Shown here: one piece after another, positions 1 through 9,200 of the stretch
Layout: every line of letters begins with the position of its first letter
Numbering within the stretch: the first letter of the stretch is position 1
Source of the DNA: Folioceros fuciformis
Lineage: Eukaryota
Length of the DNA stretch: 47,580 nt
Direction: 5' to 3'
NCBI GenBank assembly: GCA_049999805.1
Contig: JBNGIO010006141.1
Coordinates: forward strand, 213,057 to 260,636
The notes under the pieces: generated by a model
What the model was told of the DNA's origin: nothing
Seen by the model: the letters and a program-made list of their open reading frames with translations, nothing else
Database searches by the model: none
Position numbers and translations under genes: made by a program

Positions 1-2
1 GG

Positions 3-644
3 AGCGCTTTGATTGCTGGATATGCCCGGCAAGGGAACTGTGAGATGAGCTATCGAAGTTTTGAGGACATGGTACGAGCAGGCATGATGCCTGATGGGGC
101 TACATTTCTTTCACTACTGTCTGCATGCAGTCATGCGGGCCTGGTGGACAAAGGCCTGGAGTACTTCGAATCCATGAGCAGAGATCACGGTGTGAGGCCA
201 GCCAGTGAGCATTACGCTTGCTTGGTGGACCTGGTGGGCCGAGGAGGACTGTTGAGCAAGGCGGAGAGTGTCATTATGGACATGCCCATGGAACCTAGCC
301 TGTCCTTGTGGATGTCGTTGCTTGGAGCCTGCCGGAATCATGGGAATATTATGCTGGGGAGACGGGCCTTTGATAGGGCAGTGGCGATAGCGCCGACACA
401 TGGTTCAGCATATTTGCTGATGTCAAACATGTATGCTCATGCTGGCTTGTGGTCGTGCGTGCTGGAAATTGAAGAGTTGCGGCAGCGAGCAGGTGCGTGG
501 AGGAAGCTTGGGCAGAGCTGGCTGGAGCACAATCAGGAGGTCCATTCATTTGTGGCAGGAGGAGAGGATGGCACACAAGAAAGCAGTGATGTACACAGAC
601 TGGTGGACGAGCTGACATGGAAGCTGAAGCAAGGTCAACTGTGA
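3..644 (+). CDS. PLS-class PPR protein, 3' part (P2-L2-S2-E1-E2 plus PG-box-like tail, no DYW catalytic core); 5' truncated by window edge
   Basis: Translation shows TFLSLLSACSHAGLV, HYACLVDLVGRGG, LWMSLLGACRNHG, AYLLMSNMY, GQSWLE..VHSFVAG, then a stop with no HxE/CxxC. Confidence 0.9.
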   Translation, partial: SALIAGYARQGNCEMSYRSFEDMVRAGMMPDGATFLSLLSACSHAGLVDKGLEYFESMSRDHGVRPASEHYACLVDLVGRGGLLSKAESVIMDMPMEPSLSLWMSLLGACRNHGNIMLGRRAFDRAVAIAPTHGSAYLLMSNMYAHAGLWSCVLEIEELRQRAGAWRKLGQSWLEHNQEVHSFVAGGEDGTQESSDVHRLVDELTWKLKQGQL

Positions 645-1669
645 GGGATGGAGGCTCGAGGAATCGGGTGGTGGGAATCTATGGCAAAGCAATACATCCC
701 ATCATTCTACTTGATAAGCTTGGATAAGCTTGACGCAGATGGGGTTGTGCGCCATGAGAGGGAGCCGATGTAGAGTGGTGATCAAGCTTCCACCTTCTCA
801 ACACAATATGAACAGCACACTAAGCTTTTATTGGCAAAGAGACCAACAGCTGATGAGCAGGAAAACAGGAGGGCAGATCGTATAGATGGCAAAAATCCAC
901 AAGATCAGGATGCCGTGATAACTGGTTCGTATCTGTGGTGGCCATTGATCGGAGCGTGCTGCATAGACGTTCACACGGAAGCGAGTGAATGTAGGCTGCT
1001 GTAGGGTCATTCCAGGGCAGGCATCCACGGAGCCCTTCTCCCTTTACAGTGCCACGCAAGGCGCTCAGAGTCGCTGCATCCGTTCTGTATCTCCTGCTGG
1101 CATGTGCAATTTGGAAGGCATCTCACCTCATGTCCTCCGGGGTAAAATGCTGTTAGGATGCGACATCCTTGTAGTGTCGATATCCCTTGGACCACACTTT
1201 GTGAAACAGACTCTGAGACTGCGAGAAGTTATCAAACACTTGGCTTGCATGCTCAAATCCAAACTAGTATGCAAAACTTCAGGTTGTAAACACATCTTGT
1301 CCTTGTTGCTGGATCTGCCCAGGTTCTCCTCCCCCCGCGCGCGGGATGCTTGGATAGGCAGAAGGCGCAACACTGCACATGTACATAAGAAATGAATCGT
1401 GCCTTTGACGATCACAGGCCGGACACTCTTGTTACCAACACAGACGTCTCCATCACCGACGAGTCAATCTTGCTAAATAGTATTTCTGCCATCTCCTTGC
1501 GGCGAACTGCAGGAATGGCACGTCGTGGAATGGCTGAGTTCTACAATCTCACGCATCCGGGACAGAAGGTGTGCATGAAGACCATGCCTCGCGGCTGATG
1601 TGAGTGGACAGACGATGAGGAGTAATCCTGCCGCGGCCTGGAAAGTTCCTTGAGAGCGGGGCCTGTAGC

Positions 1670-4600
1670 ATGGCCATACTGTGGCAACCGGATCCCTTGT
1701 GGACCCAACAAGGTGGTGAGTGTGCAAGGCATCTACGAGAAGCTCCCGATCACCTCACCTTATGGAGCCAACGCCTGGGAAACATTCAATCCTGCAGGTA
1801 CAGCAGTGCACAGAACCCAGCACCTCCACTAGCTCCCAGAAAATTTGTGGGTGGGGAAGGATTTTCCAGACATAGTCCTCGCCAGGAGCAGGAGCGCTTG
1901 TGGCATCAATTTTTTCTGGATCCTACCATGTGGTGGGACAACAGGCGAGACAAGAAGAGCTCCCGTTCCCCTGACTTCCGGCGGAAGGGGCCAAGCGGCG
2001 AGGTCCTGTGGTTAAACAGCATGCTCAAGCCAGCTTGGGTGGATGAGCAGCTTCTTTTGTTGGATGTGAGGATGAGTCATGGTACCTATCCTTCCAAGTC
2101 GAGCTCTTCGGATAAGCCTGATCTTTTTCAGCGTGAAGGCTCGAGCGTAGGCGTGGTGAGGCCTGTAACTGTGAGCATGTTATGTCAGCAGGGGAAGCTT
2201 ACTGAGGCAGTTGGAGCCCTGGAAGCTCTGGCGCAGACAAGCTCTGGCATTTCTCAGTCTCTCCTATACACTGTGCTGAAAATATGTACAGCTGAGAAGG
2301 ATTTGGTTGCGGGGCGACGTGTGCATGATCTCATTGTCAAACTTGGGTACGAGACGAATGCATACTTGGGAAACCACATCTTGCGCATGTATGCATGTGG
2401 AGGTAGGCTACAGGAGGCCGTGGATGTGTTGAAAAGGGTAGGCAAGCCAGATGCGTTCATGTGGTTTTCCATTATCTCCGCGCATGCTAAACATGGGAAA
2501 CCCAATGAGGCCATACAACTGTACCATGAGATGCGTGGGTCAGGTGTGAAGGCGGATGCACATGTCTTTGCTGCCGCCCTTCAAGCATGTGCATTTGCCA
2601 GCGACCTGGAATGTGGCAGAAAAGTGCACTGTGATGTGTTGCACAGTGGCATTCCACCTAATGTGTTTGTTGGCACGTCCCTGGTGGACATGTATGCAAA
2701 ATGTGGTGTACTGGAAGAGGCACGCACGGTTTTTGACAGCTTGGTCACAAAAGATGTGGTGACATGGACGTCCCTGCTTGCTGGGTATGCAAATCATGGC
2801 TTCGGCCACGAGGCGCTTGTTCTGTATGGACAAATGCAGACGGAGGGCGTGATTGTGGCTGACCAATTTACTTTTGCTTGCCTTCTCAAGGCCTGTGCCA
2901 GTGCTGGTGCCGTGCAGAAGGGCAGGGAGCTGCACTCACAGATTGTGAAAGGAGGACATCTGAATGACATTGTGTTGGGCAACTGCCTGGTGGACATGTA
3001 TGCAAAATGCGGTGAAGTGAAAGATGCCCGCCTGGTTTTTGACAGATTGGCCAAAAAGGATGTGGTGACATGGACAACCCTGATTGCTGGCTATGCACAG
3101 CAGGGGCTCGGCCAGGAGGCGCTCGTTCTGTACGAACAAATGGAGGCAGATGGCCTGATTTTGGCTAACCATGTTACTTTTGCTTCCCTTCTGAAGGCCT
3201 GTGCAAGCACTGGCTCTCTACACAAGGGAAGGCACTTGCACTCGCAGATTGTTGAAAGAGGCCATCTGAACAACATAGTGGTGGGCAATTGCCTGGTAGA
3301 CATGTACGCAAAATGTGGTGCACTTAAAGATGCACGCCAGGTTTTTGACACCTTGCCTAGAAAGGATGTGGTGACATGGACAGCCCTGCTTGGTGGGTAT
3401 GTCCAACAAGGATTTGGCCAAGAGGCGCTTGTCCTGTACGGACACATGGAGCAAGAGGTCTTAATTTTGGCTAACGATGCCACTTTTGCTTGCCTTCTGA
3501 AGGCCTGTGCAAGCACCGGTTCCTTACAGAGGGGCAGGCAGCTGCACTCACAAATCGTGGACAGAGGACTGTTGCATAACGTAATGGTTGCCACCAGCTT
3601 GGTGGACATGTATGCTAAATGTGGCGAGATGGAAGATGCACGCAGGGTTTTTGATGGTCTGGACACGAAGAATGTAGTAACATGGACGGCCCTCATAGCG
3701 GGGTATGTAAAACGTGGCGAACTGGAATGTGCACGCCTGGTTTTTGACAGCTTGGCCGCAAAGGATACAGTAATCTGGAATACCCTCATTGCTGGGTATA
3801 GTGATCGAGGGCTGGGTCAAGAGGCGCTTCGTCTGTATGGACAAATGCAACAGGAGGGGTTGATTGTTGCGGACGATGTTACCTTAGCTTGCCTTGTGAA
3901 GGCCTGTGCAAGTGCTGGTGCCTTACAGAAGGGCAGACAGCTGCACTCCCAGATCGTGGAAAGAGGACAACTAGACAACAAGCTCGTGGGAACCTGCCTG
4001 GTGGACATGTATGCAAAGTGTGGCGAGCTGGAAGATGCGCGCAGGGTTTTTGAGACCCTGGCCTCGAAGGATGTGGTGACCTGGACGGCCCTGATTGGCG
4101 GGTTTGGTGCGTGTGATCAAGGTCAGGATGCAGTGGCTTGTTTTGAGGAGATGTTAGTCGCTGGTATTCAGCCTGACGATGCTACTTTGACTTGCCTTCT
4201 AGCAGCGTGCAGTCATGAGGGACTGGTGAATGAGGGCCGTAAATACTTTGATTCCATGCTCCCTCGGCATGGCATCAAACCTACTATTGAGCACTACAAC
4301 TGCATGATTGATCTTCTTGGGCGTGCAGGCCATTTGGATGAGGCAGAGAACATGTTGTTATCATGTGAGAGCCGAAACAATGTCGTGGGGTTGACGGCTT
4401 TGCTGAATGCCTGCAAAAGTCACGGGGATATTGAGAGGGCGACACGGTGTTTTGAGAGTCTGGTTAGTGTGGAGCCTCAGACTGCATCCTGGTATGTGCT
4501 CATGGCTAATGCGTATGCGGATGGAGGAAGGTGGAGCGATGTAGACAGGATCGAAGCGCAGAGAAGGGTGGCAAGAGCTAATAAGAAACCTGCAGTGGCG

Positions 4601-4987
4601 GGTATCGAGGTGAAGGAGCAGGTACACACATTTGTGGTAGGAGGGAGCACGGATGACCTGTCTCTCGAGGTAGATAGCACGAATGCACGGCTGAAGGAGG
4701 AAGGGGGACATGTACCACAGACGAAGTTGGTGTTTAAGCCATTGTCCGAGAAGGAAAAGGAAGACGCGCTTTGTGGGCACGCAGAGAAGCTAGCTCTGGC
4801 GTTTGGCCTGTTGAACACTCCGGTCGGGACGCCGCTGGTGGTGACGAAGAATCTGCGCATGTGCGGTGACTGCCACAGTTCCACAGAGATCATGTCAAGG
4901 GTTGAGAAAAGAGTCATCGTTGTGAGGGATGGGTACCGAGTGCATCGGTTCACAGCTGGTTGTTGCAGTTGTAAGGGTCGACCGTGA
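1670..4987 (+). CDS. PLS-class PPR-DYW:KP (GRP-type) RNA editing factor with N-terminal OSB-like PDF motif
   Basis: 1105-aa intronless ORF. Leader MAILWQPDPLWTQ; WWDNR..PDF..LWL motif (1898-2053); PLS repeats; KKPAVAGIEV; CGHAEKLA; CGDCH; ends CCSCKGRP. Confidence 0.95.
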   Translation: MAILWQPDPLWTQQGGECARHLREAPDHLTLWSQRLGNIQSCRYSSAQNPAPPLAPRKFVGGEGFSRHSPRQEQERLWHQFFLDPTMWWDNRRDKKSSRSPDFRRKGPSGEVLWLNSMLKPAWVDEQLLLLDVRMSHGTYPSKSSSSDKPDLFQREGSSVGVVRPVTVSMLCQQGKLTEAVGALEALAQTSSGISQSLLYTVLKICTAEKDLVAGRRVHDLIVKLGYETNAYLGNHILRMYACGGRLQEAVDVLKRVGKPDAFMWFSIISAHAKHGKPNEAIQLYHEMRGSGVKADAHVFAAALQACAFASDLECGRKVHCDVLHSGIPPNVFVGTSLVDMYAKCGVLEEARTVFDSLVTKDVVTWTSLLAGYANHGFGHEALVLYGQMQTEGVIVADQFTFACLLKACASAGAVQKGRELHSQIVKGGHLNDIVLGNCLVDMYAKCGEVKDARLVFDRLAKKDVVTWTTLIAGYAQQGLGQEALVLYEQMEADGLILANHVTFASLLKACASTGSLHKGRHLHSQIVERGHLNNIVVGNCLVDMYAKCGALKDARQVFDTLPRKDVVTWTALLGGYVQQGFGQEALVLYGHMEQEVLILANDATFACLLKACASTGSLQRGRQLHSQIVDRGLLHNVMVATSLVDMYAKCGEMEDARRVFDGLDTKNVVTWTALIAGYVKRGELECARLVFDSLAAKDTVIWNTLIAGYSDRGLGQEALRLYGQMQQEGLIVADDVTLACLVKACASAGALQKGRQLHSQIVERGQLDNKLVGTCLVDMYAKCGELEDARRVFETLASKDVVTWTALIGGFGACDQGQDAVACFEEMLVAGIQPDDATLTCLLAACSHEGLVNEGRKYFDSMLPRHGIKPTIEHYNCMIDLLGRAGHLDEAENMLLSCESRNNVVGLTALLNACKSHGDIERATRCFESLVSVEPQTASWYVLMANAYADGGRWSDVDRIEAQRRVARANKKPAVAGIEVKEQVHTFVVGGSTDDLSLEVDSTNARLKEEGGHVPQTKLVFKPLSEKEKEDALCGHAEKLALAFGLLNTPVGTPLVVTKNLRMCGDCHSSTEIMSRVEKRVIVVRDGYRVHRFTAGCCSCKGRP

Positions 4988-5453
4988 GAGTGAAGAAAGG
5001 AGCTAGTGCCGAGGGTGCTTAGCTCCAGCCGTTTGGAAACCGAGGCAGACGAAACGGACCTACCCCTCTTTTTCATGACACACACTAGTGAAGCTTTGTC
5101 GTGTGTGGAGACGAGACCCTTGCAGGAGCTGATGGCAGGCGAGAAAAGCAGTTGCAATGCCAGAAAGAAGGGAGAAAGGAGGTGCAGCATGTGGCGGATA
5201 GCAGCCCACCCCTGAAGGGTCTCCAGTGGCCAGTCTGGACAGAAATCCATCTGCTGGAAGATATCGCGACTACGATGAAGCCGTGCGTGTGAGACAGTGG
5301 TGTGCGATGCGGTATGGACACTTTGAACAAATTACATGTATTTGGTTACCTTCCATTTCGCTTAGAGATTCAATCACAGTTGTTACTTAAAAAGTAATGC
5401 TGGTATTAAGATTGGTAAAGTAATGCTAAAATTAAGATTGGTGAAGTTGATAA

Positions 5454-5525
5454 GGGGCATTGCGAGAATCGAACTCGCGGCCTCTCGCACCCGAAGCGAG
5501 AATCATACCACTAGACCAAATGCCC
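5454..5525 (-). tRNA. trnP(CGG): tRNA-Pro (anticodon CGG)
   Basis: Reverse complement GGGCATTTGGTCTAGTGGTATGATTCTCGCTTCGGGTGCGAGAGGCCGCGAGTTCGATTCTCGCAATGCCCC. Acceptor stem GGGCATT/AATGCCC, anticodon arm CTCGC-TTCGGGT-GCGAG, TTCGA T-loop, T-runs downstream. Confidence 0.96.
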
Positions 5526-6213
5526 ACGCGCTTTAACTTGCAGCCGCACATGTTTCTAACAAATTTTATTTTTATCTTAATTACTTAAACGGTTTTCTTT
5601 CTCTTCCTAGTTGTGGCCTTGTTTCGGGACTTACACAATTTGTAGTCATGAGCTTCACGGAGATTCGACAGTCTGCGTCTCCTGTTGCCAATTTTCCAGA
5701 TCACACTTTGTGATGGCATTTTCCAGTTTCAACTGGTTCCCGCATTGTCCTGCTGCCGTCTTTGCTGGCACGACTCTGCCATGGGATATATCAGATTCAG
5801 GCAGACCCTACATTCCAGGGCGCCCCCAGAACTTCACCTGCTTGAGCATCATCTGGGCTTCGAGCGGGGTGCCTGCTCTGCACCTTGCCCACTGTCCCAC
5901 GCCCTCGCAAAATCCAATCACCGCTTCACTAGCCTCGTCACTCACAATCGCTTTCTTCAGTGTGGACAAGTGTGTACGTCGTCTACAGACGGCGACGCCG
6001 GCCTTTCAATCATCCATTGGAGTTGGCATTGTCGTTGGAGTATAACGTCTAGCAGGCTCATCCGACCAGCGTGCTCGAGCGAGCCATGGCTGCCCTTGAC
6101 TACTATGCCAAGAGTCTCTTGCATTGGTGGGAAGCGCAGGAAGTGACCCCTTGTTGTTGTACAAGCACGCAACCAAGTCGGGTGCGGTTCAAGTGGATGG
6201 TTCCTGTTTGGAA

Positions 6214-9200
6214 ATGCCTCGTCCAGCGACGCTGGTGCTGCTCGCTGCCAAGAGGGGCAGTGGTGCAAGCACGCAACTCCAAAGTGTTGCGCTCACACCC
6301 TTTAAGCAAAGTGGATGCCTTCTCTACCTTGCTCGGTTTGCAGGTTATCACCTTGGCTCAGTGACGCCTGAAACTGTGAGCCAGCTATGTCGTGACGGCC
6401 ATCTCGCTCAGGCCGTGGAGGCTTTGGAACTCGTGGCGCACGCACACCCTTGCGTTTCCAAGTCCCTCTTCTGCACGATCCTCAAGAGATGTGCGGTCAG
6501 CAAGGATCTTGTGCTGGGTAGCCGCGTCCATGCTCTTACAGTGAAACACGGGTACAGGTCAGACACTTTCCTGTGTAACCACATCCTGCGGACGTATGCT
6601 TCTCATGGCAGGTTGCAGCACATGATGCATGTATTTGAAGGCCTGGCCCAACCGGATGCCTTGGCCTGGTCTGCCCTTATTTCTTCCCATGTTAAGCATC
6701 GACCAGACCAGCAGGCCATTCAACTGTACCAGCGAATGCGGATGACGTCCCGTGTGAAGCCCGATGGGCATCTAATTGTGGCTGCCCTTCAGGCATGCGC
6801 AAGGGCCTCCTACTTGGAAACTGGCCAGAAGGTGCATGCTGACTTGCTGGCCAGCGGGGTGGAGCCTGGTCTCCTTGTTTCAAGTTGCTTGGTTGCCATG
6901 TATGCTAAGTGTGGCAGCTTGGAGAATGCCCAGGCCGTCTTTGATGCTCTTGCTGAAAAGAACGTGGTGACATGGACAGCCATGATAGCAGGATATGCCC
7001 AGCGGGGCAAGGGCCACCAAGCCCTTCCCCACTACGCTGCAATGGAAGAAGAGGGCTTGGCCATACCCGATTCCATCACCTTCGTCTGCCTCCTGCAGGC
7101 ATGTGCAAGTGTGGGCACCTCAGCTTTGGGCACAGGGAAGCACCTGCATGCTCAAGTCAGACGAGCAGGACATGAGGGTGATGTGTCTGTAGCCAACAGT
7201 TTGGTAAACATGTATGCAAAGCGTGGCAGCTTGGAGGATGCTCACACACCATTTGACGGACTTGGTCACAAAGATGTTGTGACGTGGACTGCAATGATTG
7301 CAGGATACTCCCAGCACAGCATGGGGCAGAAGACACTTGCTCTATACAGTGCCATGCAAGATGACGGCCTGGCTGTACCCAATTCTGTGACGTTTGTGTG
7401 CCTGCTGCAGGCATGTACAAGTGTGGCCACCCCAGCTTTGGAGAAGGGAAAGAATCTTCAGGCGCAAATTAAAGCAGGTGGCCATGAAGTTGATGTGTTT
7501 GTAGCCAACAGCTTGGTGAACATGTATGCAAAATGTGGTAGCTTGGAAGATGCTCAGTTAGCTTTCGACAGAATTGATCAAAAAACGGTTGTGACGTGGA
7601 CTGCCATTATAGCAGGATATTCCCGACAGGGTAGGGGTGAGGAAGCCCTTCGTGTGTTCAGTTCTATGGAAGAAGGAGGCGTTGCAGTACCGGATTCCGT
7701 GACTTTTGTGTGCCTGGTCCAGGCATGTGCGACTGTGGGTACCCCTGCCTTAGACAAGGGGAAGCAGCTTCATGCTCTGATTAGGGAGCAAGGATATGAA
7801 GCTGATGTGTTCATAGCCAACAGTTTGGTGTCCATGTATGCAAAGTATGGCAGCTTGGAATATGCACAGACTGTGTTTGACGGACTTGTCTACAGAGATG
7901 TGGCGACTTGGACTGCCCTGATAGCAGGATATTCCCAGCAGGGCATGTGGCAGGAAGCCCTTCGTCTTTACAGTGCTATGAGAGAAGACGGTTTGACTAT
8001 ACCTGATTGTGTGACATCTGTGTGCCTCCTCCAGGCATGTGCAAGTGTAGGTACCCCAGCTTTGGAGAACGGCAGGGACCTTCACACACAGATTACAGAG
8101 GGAGGGTATGAAGCTGCTGCACCTGTAGCTAGCATGCTAGTGAACATGTATTCAAAGTGCGGAAGCCTGGACGATGTTCAGAGGGTGTTTAATGGACTTC
8201 GTGAAAAGGATGTGGTGGCATGGAATGCCATGCTAGCTGGGTATTCCCAGCAGTGGATGGGGCAGGAAGCTCTTCGCCTGTACAGTGTTATGCAAGAGGA
8301 AGGCATGGTTATACCCAATTCCTTAACATTTGTGTGCCTCCTAAAGGCATGTGCAAATGTGGCTGCTCTGCGTATGGGAAGGCAACTGCATGCACAGATT
8401 GCAGAGCAAGGGCTTGAAGCTGACGCGTTTGTAGCCGGCAGTTTGATTAACATGTATGCCAAGTCTGGGAGCATGGTGGATGCGCAGCAGGTCTTCGATG
8501 TCTTACTGGAAAGGGATTTCGTGGTCTGGAATGGACGTGTTGCAGGCTATGCTTGTCAAGGTGACAGTGAAGTGGTGTTTGATTTGTTGCAAAGAATGAT
8601 ACAGGACGGAGTCCGACCGGACAGCATCACGTTCATCAGTATACTAACGATGTGTAGTCATGTGGGTCTAGTAAAGAAGGGATGGGAGTACTTTGATGCT
8701 ATGAGCAGGCACTACTACATACCTCCGACAGACGATCACTACGCATTTATGGTGGATCTCCTGGGTCGTGCTGAACATCTAGATGAGGCATTAGCTTTAG
8801 TCAAGTCAAATCTGGGTCAACCTAATGCCTCAGTGTGGCACAGTCTGCTGCGTGGGTGTCGGAAGTGGAATACTGTAGAGGTTGGACGCCATACGTTCAG
8901 TGAAGCAGTGAGGCTAGACAGGAATGATGCTGCAGCATGTATCATGATGTGGAACATCTATACCAGTGCCCAGATGTGGGAGCAAGGGCACAAGATACAA
9001 GTGACCGGGGAATGGGTCAAGGCATGGAAGCAACCAGGCCAGAGCTGGTGGACAGACGAGGATGGGCTGGTGCATAGTTTCTTGGTTGGGGATGAGAACC
9101 ATCCCCACGCTCATCACCATCCACAGACTGGGGAGACAGGAAGTGTGCATCCGACTGCTAGATTAGTCGCAACAGGACAGATGGCTGCAGATAACAGCAA

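Noticed and set aside
650-1660. Short ORFs in coding-like GC content upstream of the first KP gene
   Set aside because: No recognisable domain or consistent exon structure.
2254-5250. Long antisense ORFs over PPR genes (e.g. 3091-3789, 4477-5250; likewise 38957-39763, 41310-42128)
   Set aside because: These are mirror frames of repetitive PPR coding sequence (recurrent PHFAYMSTR = antisense of LVDMYAKCG), with no independent protein signature.
5611-6146. 144-153 aa ORFs between the tRNA and the double PPR ORF
   Set aside because: Non-ATG starts and no recognisable motifs.
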